From assembly GCA_025786725.1 (NCBI GenBank), contig JAHLTZ010000055.1, positions 1-64,000 on the forward strand: a stretch of DNA of 64,000 nucleotides, given 5' to 3'. The position numbers were made by a program, and so were the translations under genes. Below are positions 52,101 through 60,833 of the stretch, in pieces. The notes under the pieces were generated by a model, which was not told where the DNA came from, did no database searches, and saw only the letters and a program-made list of their open reading frames with translations. The stretch comes from Syncephalis fuscata S228. Taxonomy: Eukaryota; Fungi; Zoopagomycota. Every line of letters starts with the position of its first letter. The first letter of the stretch is position 1.

Positions 52101-53613
52101 GTTATCTACTAATGCTTGACTAGCGACGGGTACAGCTACCGTTAAGTTATTAGTATCAGTAGGTGTATCGATTGGAGTAGCGAATGTCACCGGACGAGTA
52201 CTAGTAATATTTTCTTGTTGTTGAACCGTAGCTATTGGTTGGTCAACTTGGACGACTTCATCAACGGTTTCTTCTGTTTCAGTTGATGCTACTTCATCAG
52301 TACCGCTTACTTCGGACATATTGTCGGGTACCGGCTCGTCAGTAGCCATTGCGGCTGCTGAGTTACGCGTACTACGACCAGAACGGGTTATACTAGACAT
52401 GGTTATTAACAATGAACAATGAACAATGAGATGATTTGATGGAAGTGAGGTACGAGAATGAATATGAATGTTACGATGGTAGAGACTATCAAATAGTGTT
52501 ATATCTGTAGTATTGGGACTACGCGAACGGGCAGTTTATGGGCAAACTGCCCAGGTCCTCCACCAATTGTCGTATTACTATTATGAAGGGGGACTGAGTA
52601 ATACGGCAAGGTAGATAAAACACTAGGATCTTGTAATAAAAGGTTTTTCTTAGGATTGAACTACTTTATTAATAAATGTAAATATTCCAGCTTTTATAGC
52701 TGGCTTGACACATCGATTACGTGGTACCCGTGTACCACGTGTTCTGAATATGTCGCCACAAATGGTATACAATACTACTTACCAACTACCCATGCATGTT
52801 TAATAACAGGCACCATAAATGATACATATATATATGTTTAGTGTATAGCCAAATGGTCTAAAATGTGCCACTCACAATCTATTAATACAAGCCAACAAAC
52901 AAACACAATGATAAAATATGTTTAGCATTGAATTAATCAATATACAATACAACTTACCATCTATTGACGTTAATTTAGTAAACATACACAATATACGGCA
53001 TGTGTTAGCATATTGTTAATTAATATACAATGTTGCCTACAATCTATTAACACAAGATGTTAAATATAAACGATACATAACATATTTAGTGTATTTCTAC
53101 TTGATATAAAATGTAACTTACTCCCTATTAATACAGGTTAATGAACATGCACGATGCATAATATATAGCTAGATTGTAGTCGATTAATATACAATTCACT
53201 TACAATCTATTAATGCAAGTTATTAAAAGCACATAGCATATGGCACATGTTTAGTGAATGGCTATTGCTATGTAATGGCACTTACAATCTATTAATAAAA
53301 ATCATCAACCACACACAATGCATAGTATATGGTTAGAATATATTTAGTTAATATGCAATGCTACTCAACACCCTCTAATAGAAATTATTAAAAACACAAT
53401 GTATAGAATATGTTTAGCTTATAATTGATTGGTTACAGTGCTAATTACCATCTATCAAAGTTAATTTAGCAAATAACAGCTTTTAGCTAAATGAATACTT
53501 GATTGGTTTAATTGCAACATACCACGACGAACTAGAACCGGTTTAGCGTCCACTATGGCTGTATTGACCATAGTTACGAGGACGGTGCAGACAACAGCAA
53601 TAGAAAACCTCAT
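46143..53613 (-). CDS. Micro-exon gene 2: paralogous secreted prepro-peptide with about 22 three-nucleotide exons; interrupted by a Ty3/gypsy element and possibly decaying
   Basis: Exon 1 (53613-53523) encodes MRFSIAVVCTVLVTMVNTAIVDAKPVLVRR plus 1 nt. An ~83-bp unit array lies on both sides of the retrotransposon. The last exon starts at 46147 (CT TAA), in the same position as in gene 1. Predicted mature peptide D(GY/ED)YWNYDFGYINAGFDWAVS(S). Four junctions are degenerate or ambiguous. Confidence 0.75.
47264..47456 (-). repeat. 3' LTR
   Basis: Appears identical to 52568-52760 by eye. Confidence 0.95.
47413..50961 (-). CDS. pol: Pol polyprotein (protease, RT, RNase H, integrase) in the -1 frame relative to gag
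   Basis: LIDTGA, YLDD, TDAS, GHLG..CTVC, IAIDLMGP, TDGG, GLVERFN, KGPF, in gypsy domain order. Confidence 0.97.
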   Translation of the reverse strand, partial: GKLNGTSMCKGNDVPPQVNPLSTISAINVASATTLLQDGTINGHMVSMLIDTGAERTVISSAICRNIGLVLGPFTDSFVRLADGRHANTRGHSLVDIEIASVVRKVKAIVLDTSPYPVLLGMDWLSAAGASIDCAAGKLFIDGQSIDMKLSNTPSHGIHVVAVAGKVRNGRILSKLQQHLVRRDIRPTEQVDNAVVSLALSQLPRVDLSESIRLARLNKLLLEYTDLFAVNPNNPQAATRVRHTISTGDSKPINTPPYRSAYRQREKITEAINDMLENGIIEPSRSPWSSPVVLVGKKDGGERFCVDYRKLNDATKKDSYPTTRIDDALDMLSGACWFTTLDLASGYWQIQMNEADKEKTAFVTHAGLYQFRVMPFGLCNAPATFQRLMDEVLAGLKWHSCIVYLDDIIVFGRTFDEHLQRLRTVFNRLRDAGLRLKRSKCHFGQQQIAYLGHVVNANGVKPDPDKVAAVHNFPRPTDIRGCKSFLGLASYYRRFISRFAERAEPIRRLEKKGTPFVWSDEQQTAFDDLRTTLTSDTVLAYPTLSKPFRIETDASTYGLGAVLSQQIDDGWRPIAYASRALNDAQKNYSATECECMAIVWAIEKFRPYIYGSEFTVVTDHSALRWLMSRPNPTGRLGRWALKLQEYRPTIEYRRGTANANADALSRDPLPWHELVELAEQDKVEEVMHIAENTTPLLPTEEEWVYAQQTELTTADVYAYLQQGAEYMTLMSDASRRALRKRAKRFELVTGRLKRKVMKGDVMTELLDVVPNQYRPIVLYHCHDKELAGHLGITRTYQRLRQSYWWQNMHSDVCDYVTSCTVCQKIRRIHQRSGLLQSLPVPEKPFDFIAIDLMGPFTESEHGNKYVAVCCDYTTRWIEAAAIPDATAETTVQFLMNNVIARHGMPSVLLTDGGTNFTSGLTAGIAKRLGIQRRITSARRPQTDGLVERFNHTLASMIAKFTSDFEKDWDKYLPLLLFAYRTTKQSSAGHSPFQLLFGREATQPLEVAVGPVSTAPVRFHKRVEEYEEYVTDLQLRLNDVRERAKLMIEAAQRRQSARYNKGRRKEPFKEGDLVWIEEQLLKGTKLRKMKERMKGPFKVIEQTSAVNYRLKDLETQRMFSEHADRIIPLHTRPAHLLLPNISINQISLSNLSTNSLNVSTGRSTLSEGVMWRHIQNTWYTGTT
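50899..50961 (-). promoter_or_regulatory. Putative -1 ribosomal frameshift signal (slippery site plus pseudoknot)
   Basis: G GAA AAC immediately before the gag TAA. 10-bp stem TGGGACGTCG/CGACGTCCCA. Loop TAAGGG is complementary to downstream CCCTTA. Confidence 0.75.
50952..52400 (-). CDS. gag: Gag with CCHC zinc knuckle
   Basis: Long ORF downstream of the PBS containing CTLCDDTNHYTHQC. Confidence 0.9.
   Translation of the reverse strand: MSSITRSGRSTRNSAAAMATDEPVPDNMSEVSGTDEVASTETEETVDEVVQVDQPIATVQQQENITSTRPVTFATPIDTPTDTNNLTVAVPVASQALVDNLLRTILNPTNGLTVHQTAQLTMSLVHAFRQLNPGDPNPPIPTYTPAPQFTVETPGTAPIAELGPPDNNTTPTRINRRVSISSIDSDDSDTTSITSSFPSIADSQPEPVAVVPPVVTQPPDLSVPQVMTKLPKMDIDKLDFKADPFEWLRSFHLIAGLSGWDEPTKCSRLMYGLRDRENAWCLLNMPRVQSYQPGLFATLVKELEIKWCAGDPKEALKNKFYLLRLNDKETLFEYADRVERAGTNAKRTPRQIWKQIKIGSNDYVRSNVRSLRIRSIDDFRSVGHSIELGRYTHKLLHAAKASINVVTNDQSLSVSKTAPNAMQVGTRSGNNRRPKQQPATRRFPCTLCDDTNHYTHQCPNLATARASITSKLPAGDAKQAEN
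52568..52760 (-). repeat. 5' LTR
   Basis: Matches 47264-47456. Confidence 0.95.
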
Positions 53614-54410
53614 AGTAATATTGAATTGCTAAAACAAACAAGTAAAATACACAGCAGAGTGTAAATGCTAGAGAGCAGAGAGTAGAATGCGATGTTGATA
53701 TTGCTAGTTAGTTGTATATACTGTGTGGGCTATTTAAATCTTTATTTATGCCGAGATGTCAATATGCTGCACTTTATGGCCTATACCATTGCTGTGCAAT
53801 AAAGCACACTCATATGATAGCTTAAAGCATTTGTATACCAGCATATCGATGATGCAGTATTCTGCAGCTAAACCTTTGCTGTAATCTGCTCGGCATTTAC
53901 ACAGATTACACAGCAAGATCAATGACCTAGTATATATTTGGTAGAAGTACACCTATCAGCTATCCTATATTGCTACACAGCCCATTCGATTATAGAATGC
54001 AAATAAGATCTATTGGTTCTAGAAATAGCAACAATGCATTACTATACCTTTGCTGTTGCTTTCACCGACAATTTCAATGCTCGATATCTGCATGGAATTG
54101 AACAATGTTTGACACCGATGCAACATTAATCCATTGACATTGTACTCCTTTACAATTCCATTGATTAATCATTCAATATAGGTAGATTCAATAATAGAGT
54201 ATTGTAGCCAGTATGGATTTAGTTGACTATTCAGTCTTAAAGCAATTACCGATTAAGCAAATTGTGTATAGAGCAATTGACAAATATCGCGCTACACTTA
54301 TAAGAAATGTTAGCAAATATAGTTAGTTATTTGGTGTTATATATATATCTAGAAACACAGTATCCTACAGGCTCAATCGTTCAAATAACGAATAAACAAC
54401 ATAATGAATT

Positions 54411-57400
54411 TTATTCTTTTGTAGAGGAATCAACTTCCATCGCTTCAATTTCAACTTGAGCAGCAAGTTGCAATGCTTCAATCACTTCGACCGTCTGCTC
54501 CTTTCTCGAATCATTACTGCCTAATTGACTTTGAATCATGTTATGAACACGTTGTCCCATGTCGGCTATATCGGCCACCGCTCAGCATGTTTATGATCCG
54601 CCATCTAACGGCCATAATAATCATAATTAGCCTCTATACCATATCAATATGCAAGTGCATCTTACCTTGCGCTCACTATTAAACGTTTCCTTTGTATGTA
54701 GGCTTAGTTGTAGTGGTCGTGCCCGCAATTGATCAAACATTGGCTTTAGTTCAACGCACGAAGCGAATAGTCGCATACGACCAAAGATGTAAAGACCAAG
54801 ACGGGCTCGCGACATAGCAACGGTTAAACGACGAATATCACGCAGATAGCCTATATGATTGGTGCGCACCAAAGAAAGTAGTATATCTATAAACGACATA
54901 TTAATTAGACGATGCTATTAATTAAATAAATTATTGCTTACAGTCATTTTGCTGTCCTTGGTATTTATCGACAGTTGTCACTTTGGATGGCATACCAAAG
55001 TAGGAATGCCAGCCACATCGTCGTTGCAACACATCCATCAACAAGGCGCGTTGACCATTATACGTTGTCAATAAAGTAATCTTATCGGCGGGATATCCAA
55101 GTAGACGCATGTACTGATAGACAGCCACTACATATTCAGCTTCACCAAGATTCTATAGAATAAAAATAGATAAACTAACAAGTACAGTATATTTATCTAT
55201 ACTAATTATTACCTGATAATAGTGTGGTCGAGGCGAACTTTCACCTTTGCCTTCATAATCGCCTACATCAATAAACTGATACTCAAAGCTAAATCTATTC
55301 ACATAATAAGCGTTAACTAGCTAGTTCTTGTGTATTCTATTAATTTACCCTGGATTGGCCAAATGGAATATATGCGAATCAGTTACTGATGGTAGATCAC
55401 CTAGTCGTTCATAGCGCCAATTATACAATTGAGCAATTGAAGGACGTGCTCGGCCCTAACGAATGTATATAGAGTTAGCTATTTAATATTATACAAATCC
55501 TTGAACCTACTTGTCTATCCAACTCAATAGTAGGCACACCTAAACGAACAAATCGTCCAAACATACTCTGTTCCATATTACAATACTTTTCAAATGCTGG
55601 ATTCTGCACAACCGGTGGCAATTGATGATGATCGCCAATAAGTACAACACGTTTAAGTCGACTCTGACCATCTTTTGGTTCTTGTAGCAGTAGTGGAATA
55701 AACGTTTCACCCTCAAGTACTTGACCCGCCTCTTCCATAACAACATTATCATATTCAAATCCTAATGAGACTAATTCGCGTCGCTACAATCATTCAATAA
55801 TAAGTCGTCGAATTAATGCTGTAGTTATTATTATTATTAAGTTACCTTGAGAGCAGCGTGCATTGTGGTCATGGCAATCACTTTTGCTTCTTTGGTCAAT
55901 AAATAGTTGGCACGATCTTTTGAAGTACGCAATAACTCAAAAGCACGAATCTGCTCCAACTCTTCAAATATATGTTTAATATGCCGGAAACAACCATGGG
56001 CCACCTCCATTGCTTCTTCCGATGAACTATTAATGGCAAATAGTGGCTGAGGTGCATCAGCAAAATAAGCAACTATATCAATAATATTAATACCAAAAAC
56101 AACAACAACAACAACAACAATAGTACTTACTGAATGGAAACTTTAAAGCAATTTGGCTTGAATCCCAGTGTTGTTGCGTCATATCAGCTTCAAAGAGTTC
56201 CCAGCGCGATAATACATGATAAAGGAAAAAGTAACCAGCCGTCTCACAAGTATAACCATGATCACCCGATTCACCAAGTGATACGGCTAGTCGTGATACT
56301 TGTTGCAGTAATACAATACGCCGTTCCTAATTGAATATAGTTAATGAATTAATGAACTAGTATTACTGTACTAATTCGATCTACTTACTAAAAATGATGA
56401 AACACGTCCCGCCTTATTAAAGCTTTCTTCTGTGTCCAATTCTTCTTCTCCATGTCCCAATCGAAGTAAATGGCGATCATCAATATCTAGTGCCACAATC
56501 TTTTCAAATAATTGATTCAACGCTTGATTACTACGAGCAATAAGTAGTGTGCGTTGTTGTGGGAAATTATGATAGATATTGGAAATAATCTGTACTGCAA
56601 CATCAGTTTTACCAGTGCCTGGTGGTCCAACAATTAAAGTAAGACCTGGACTTGTACCAGCTCTAATCGCTTCAACTAAATTCATTCAATTATTAATATT
56701 TATCTTTTATATACCCACCAATACTTACTCTGTGTTGGTGTAAATGGCACAGTATTTTTACGAATTAAATCTGATGCATATGGACCCATATTTAAAAGTT
56801 GATATGACTTGACAAGTAAATGTTCTTGTTGTTCTGATGAATCTTCAGCCTCTTCAAGTACAAAAGGTGGCTCGTCCGGTAATACATCTCCTTCAACCGG
56901 GGTCAGTTTCTAATTATTTGTTAATATAATAAACCATATAGATAGTTATCAAACTTACAGCTTGAGGAAAACTTGATTTCAAATGATCAGCATCTAAAAA
57001 TGTATCTCTAAAATCAATTGATTGTGGCTTATTAGGCATTTGTTTATAATAAACACTACGGGATCCCCATAGCCTATAAATAAATAGATAAATAAACAAA
57101 TATGTAAATAGATAAATAAATAGATAATAAATAGATAAATAGATAAATAAATAAATATGTAAATAAATAAATAAAATTTACCTAAAAATACGTTTTGTAA
57201 CCAATCAGGCACAAGTAATTCGGATTGCATTAAATCACGAATAGTTTCTAAAACACCTTTAAAATTATTTTCCTATTATCATTACTATTAGTCTATTATC
57301 GTTTTAATATTATTCTCTTATTGTTATTACTTTGGCATTTCTACGTAATAATACGTTTAATGTTGAATAAACATCCTTTGTAGATTTACGATTTACATCT

Positions 57401-58714
57401 TCATAGTATTGATTAGGATCCAGTAATACACGTATTAATCGCTCATCTGTATCCATCTTTGGTAATTTGCCTCCCATTTCCACACTTAATCCTTTGCCTA
57501 TTTAATTATATTAACCATTAATATTTATATGCATATTCTATATAACTGACCAGCAATAATCTCCACAATCTGTGCACCTCGAGCATAATCTAATCCAAAT
57601 GCTCTCTAATATACCATGTAAACCATTATACTATTCTAGTATACTCTAGCTATACATCCTGCTTACCTAAATGGTCTTTGTTGATCCCATGCTTGATGTG
57701 TCCAATCTTGAGCACTTATAGACAATAAATATATAATATCTCCTGGTCGAAGTATATCCCAATCTCGTCGAATTGAATCAGAAAAAAATCCCAATTTAAT
57801 TCGTATTTCAGCTATCACTTTCTGTGGTCGCTCTTCTCCCAATGCAGGCTGACCAATATCAATAACATTAAACGTATCTATCTTAGTGGCCATACGTGAC
57901 CATCCATTAAATACAGTAACACCATCGGGAATGCCCGTTGTGGAGACAGTCTCTCGACTGCATCTTCAATATCTTGACGGATTTCATAAGCAGATTCCAA
58001 TTGAAACAACGTAAATGATCGACGTAGATAGTCGTAGAGGGTTAGAAACTGTAAATTTAAACGAGGTAATGGTAAAACAGCATCCGTTGTATATTGACTT
58101 GTTCGATTAAGTATATCATCAAATAATGCCATCTATAAAGTCAACATAATATATTGATTAGTTTATGAAGTAATACAAATCTATCCATCTAATCAATTAC
58201 CTCATTCGGATAAAGAGATGTTTCATTAATACGATCCAATTGACTTGTCCGTTGATGATACCGTTGAATAAAGGCATCAATAAGAAATTCTGGCGTATAA
58301 TCTTCACTTGGTATATCTGGTCTACTTGGTTGAGTGCGTCTTAACTGTACGGCATCACATAATCGATTCAAATCAACCGTGCTTAGCTGATTCAAATGTT
58401 CACGTAATACAGACGGTTGTTCAATGGCCGATAAATGAGAAAGAGCCAAGTCGGTTAATTGATCTTTGAATTCAGCATAGGCTATACTCTATTATATACA
58501 TTCATTACTATTAATACACTATTATATACTTATATTATATGGACTGTACCTGAAATGCCAGTAATCGATCATGATGACGAGCTACTCGTTCCTCTACCGT
58601 TAATGAACGTCCTGTATGATCATCTACTTCAAAATCTACATAAGACTCAAGTATATCCAATAATTGACTCAATGATTGTCTATTGTGTACTATCTATTAG
58701 TTATCTATACCATA

Positions 58715-58745
<31 letters not shown>

Positions 58746-60147
58746 GTATCTTACCCTTCAGGCATCTGCTGAACAATGGCTGTTTGTTTACATAGTAGAA
58801 CAACATGATGATCATCCAATAATGTATTAACAAATCGACGTGTAGGTAATTGTGCTATTAACCCAATAATCAGTTCAAAGAACCGTTCACAATAATGAAT
58901 AGCCATATCATCTACTAATACAATCATTAGTAATTAGTAATTAGTAATTAGTAATTAACTAGCATATTAACATATTAACTAACCCGATTCAGTTTCTGTA
59001 ATAGATGCCATAATTTGTGTAGCATCCATAATTAACCATGACAACCAATGCCATTCTAATTTCATATTCTTTTGTCCATCAACATCTGTCATTTAATTAG
59101 TTAGTTAATACTTTTTAATGTATATTAATACTTACCGGCTACTTTATATCTTTTATCCAGTGCTTTCCATAACTTTTTAACCATAGGTGGTACACTGGCC
59201 AGCGCACTTTCTTGTCTAGTCTTTGTACAAAGCGTATGCCAAATACCAACTGAGAACAATCTATATAATAACATTAATATAATCTATATAGAATAGCTAT
59301 AATATATACTCACCGCATTGTTTCCACACGAGTTAATGGATTCTCAAGACTTTGCGTGGCATGGCTCATAAATGTAAGTAAACGCTCTCTTTCCCATAGA
59401 TCTCGACCACTATTCACTAAGGACAACTCCATTACTTTATGGAATAAAGCACTGAATCGAGTAGTATCCTCGTTAAAAACCTCTAAATATAGTTATCATA
59501 TTAGTTCAAATCCATGATTAATTACTAAATAGATTATATTACCCCATACTGGTACTCTTAATCGACGCTTTTCATTAACCAATACCGCAATACTAATAAT
59601 ATGTTCTTCGGTAGCAGTTGCTGGATCATAATTAGACCATAAATACTAAATATAGTTTACATAGTTATTTACTTTGTATTAGCAATACTATACTAGTAAC
59701 AACAGTAGGCTTAATAATTACCCGTTCTAGATACTGTGTACTTTCGAGTTGAGCAATACACTGTGCTGCTGTTACAGCTGCTGTCTCAGTAGATAGTGCA
59801 TCACCATGAATATATCCTTTATAGATATGTGTTACTAGAGTGCTATCAAACGGCTTTGTATAGGCGTTAATAGACGTGGTTATCGTGGTGGTTACGTCGT
59901 TAGATTCAGGTTCAGTAGCTTGATCAGTCTCCAAATCACGCCAATAGACACGCGATAAACGATGAATATCTGTATGTTGTAGTATCGTAGTTATATCATC
60001 GCTACTCTGTTCTATGGCTGCCTCAGAATGATGTTGAGTAGTAGCACGATTATTGCTACGACTACCACTACCACTAGTAGTAGTACTACTAGTACTGGCC
60101 TGTTGGCCGCGACTTGATGCCGCTCCTTTACGGCGTGCCACTGGCAT
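54411..60147 (-). CDS. AQR: Aquarius / intron-binding protein 160 (spliceosomal SF1 RNA helicase), many exons
   Basis: [87 protein letters not shown]. Confidence 0.95.
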
Positions 60148-60293
60148 CAATTAAAATAGTCAATCGCCAATCAGTAACCGTAAACAACACGAAATAGAGA
60201 AAAGTAAACGATACACGAGATTCAGTTCCAACTAGATTAAATATAAAGAGAATATTCAAATTTACTCGTATTTATTTACTTTTTATTTCTATA

Positions 60294-60809
60294 ATGACAC
60301 CAACAGACTCACTAACAACATCCACTCGATTAGTGGTTACTGATCAGCCATGGCACTATTTGGACGTTAAACTGTAGGTATAGTCTTGATATTGCGTATA
60401 CTACTTTATTTATAGTGTCTATTAGCTGTTTTGACGGTTCTTCAATCGATGGTCCCTTGATTGAGCTTGTTCGATTCCGTACATTAATTGCACAACAGTG
60501 CCAACAACTTTATGGTCTTGCTGGTTCAGGTATGCAATAGATGTACTTCGCTATGACCGTGATACAGGTAAAGGTATACTTCGGGTAGCTACAAGGTAAA
60601 TAGGTGTAGTAGTTGATAGGGATACTAAATACGAGTCGTCTATTGATCATAGTGATGTATCAGCTATTTGGAGTGCACTGGCTATAGCAACCCCACAAAA
60701 GATCGGTAATCGTCAATGTAGTCTACGTATTTATGGTGCATCAGCCAGTCTAATGGCGCTGGCTTGTCCCTCTCGATCATGGCATCATTCATTGTTAGAT
60801 GAACCATAG
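60294..60809 (+). CDS. RNase P/MRP subunit, Rpp14/Pop8-like (3 exons; not in the ORF track)
   Basis: WHYLDVKL / FRTLIAQQCQQLYGLAGSG..IDVLRYDRDTGKGILRV / IWSAL...CSLRIYGASASLMALACPSR. Requires one additional A at 60536-60537. Confidence 0.65.
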
Positions 60810-60833
60810 TAGTAGCATATTCTATTTATTTAC

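Larger units (their letters stand above)
47264..52760 (-). mobile_element. Full-length Ty3/gypsy LTR retrotransposon
   Basis: 193-bp TG...CA LTRs. 5-bp TSD aatgg at 47259-47263 and 52761-52765. PBS TGGTGGAGGACCTGGG next to the 5' LTR and polypurine tract next to the 3' LTR. gag and pol are open. Confidence 0.98.

Noticed and set aside
57075-57178. (TAAA/TAGA)n run, and other microsatellites near 31047 and 31213
   Set aside because: Ordinary simple repeats in introns or intergenic DNA, with no micro-exon-like splice pattern.
53613-60147. Functional link between the splicing helicase Aquarius and the adjacent micro-exon gene 2
   Set aside because: Adjacency alone is not evidence in a eukaryote, and gene 1 has no such neighbour.
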